From assembly GCA_023248955.1 (NCBI GenBank), contig JAHFDP010000012.1:1583-65582 (forward strand): a stretch of DNA of 64,000 nt, given 5' to 3'. The notes below the pieces were generated by a model that did no database searches, had not been told where the DNA came from, and was given only the letters and a program-made list of their open reading frames with translations. Each line of letters begins with the position of its first letter. Position 1 is the stretch's first letter. The translations under genes and the position numbers were made by a program. The DNA is from Deltaproteobacteria bacterium (GTDB taxonomy: Bacteria; Myxococcota; Myxococcia; Myxococcales; JAHFDP01). Of the stretch, positions 61,277 to 64,000 are shown in pieces.

Positions 61277-61946
61277 TCACTCGAGGATCTGCCCGTCGGC
61301 CAGCCGCAAGCGGCGCGGGAGGCGATTGGCGAGGCGTTCATTGTGGGTGACCACGATCGCGGCGATGCCGAGTTTTTCGTTCATCGTGGACAGCAATTGA
61401 TGGATGCCCTCACCCGTTGCTTCGTCGAGATTTCCGGTCGGCTCGTCGGCCAACAGTAACCGCGGACGCAGCACCAACGCACGCGCCAGCGCCACGCGCT
61501 GTTGCTCGCCGCCGGAGAGCTCACCCGGTCGGTGCAACATCCGATCAGCAAGTCCGACGGCCACCAGCAGCTCCTCCGCGCGCGCGCTGGCTTCGCCGCG
61601 TTTCATGCGCTGCACCAGCGCGGGCATCATCACGTTTTCGAGCGCGCTGAATTCGGGGAGCAGGTAGTGAAATTGAAAGACGAATCCAATGGTGCGGTTG
61701 CGAAAATCCGCCAGCTCGCTCTCGCCGATACTGAAAATATCGCTGCCAAAGAAGCGCACTTCACCGGCGCTCGGTGCGTCGAGCGTCCCCACCACGTGCA
61801 GAAACGTGCTTTTGCCCACGCCGGAAGGACCGACCAGCGAGCACATCTCACCGGCGCGCAGAGCGAACGTGGCGCCGCGCAGCACGTGAATCTCTTTTTC
61901 GCCAAGGAAATAACTTTTGTGCAGGCCGTGCACTTCCAGCAACGCT

Positions 61947-61954
<8 letters not shown>
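61277..61954 (-). CDS. lolD: Lipoprotein-releasing ABC transporter ATPase
   Basis: [35 protein letters not shown]. Confidence 0.92.

Positions 61955-64000
<2,046 letters not shown>

Noticed and set aside
61119-61280. N-terminal extension of BamA (VIPGLDPGIHVDGRVKPGHD)
   Set aside because: Translation of the REP doublet; the signal peptide starts at 61118

Overview
GC-rich bacterial chromosomal window, probably Myxococcota/deltaproteobacterial (inferred from gene content). The left ~9 kb is a tightly coupled minus-strand aromatic catabolic operon: SDR, luciferase-like monooxygenase, asparaginase-II-like hydrolase, 2-aminomuconate semialdehyde dehydrogenase, 2-aminophenol 1,6-dioxygenase beta and alpha (alpha fused to a RidA deaminase), kynurenine formamidase, DUF1338/HglS and phhB. 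Together these suggest an apparently undescribed kynureninase-independent route: kynurenine -> (Baeyer-Villiger oxidation, then hydrolysis) 2-aminophenol + aspartate -> 2-oxoadipate -> 2-hydroxyglutarate. Two features are missing from the ORF track: a 74-aa glutaredoxin-like selenoprotein gene with two in-frame UGA codons, each followed by a SECIS-like hairpin (8847-9071, -), and a tRNA-Sec gene (17530-17629, +). Several REP-like palindromes and MITE-like elements occur. One palindrome is translated inside a protein linker; one element has clean terminal inverted repeats and an 8-bp target duplication. The rest is mostly housekeeping (acnA, fdxA, dnaK, icd, hrpB, thrB, phoH, mazG, rpsT, lptE, leuS, bamA, lolD, lolC/E, lysS) with scattered accessory genes. 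Functional calls are from motif recognition by eye; no database searches were run.
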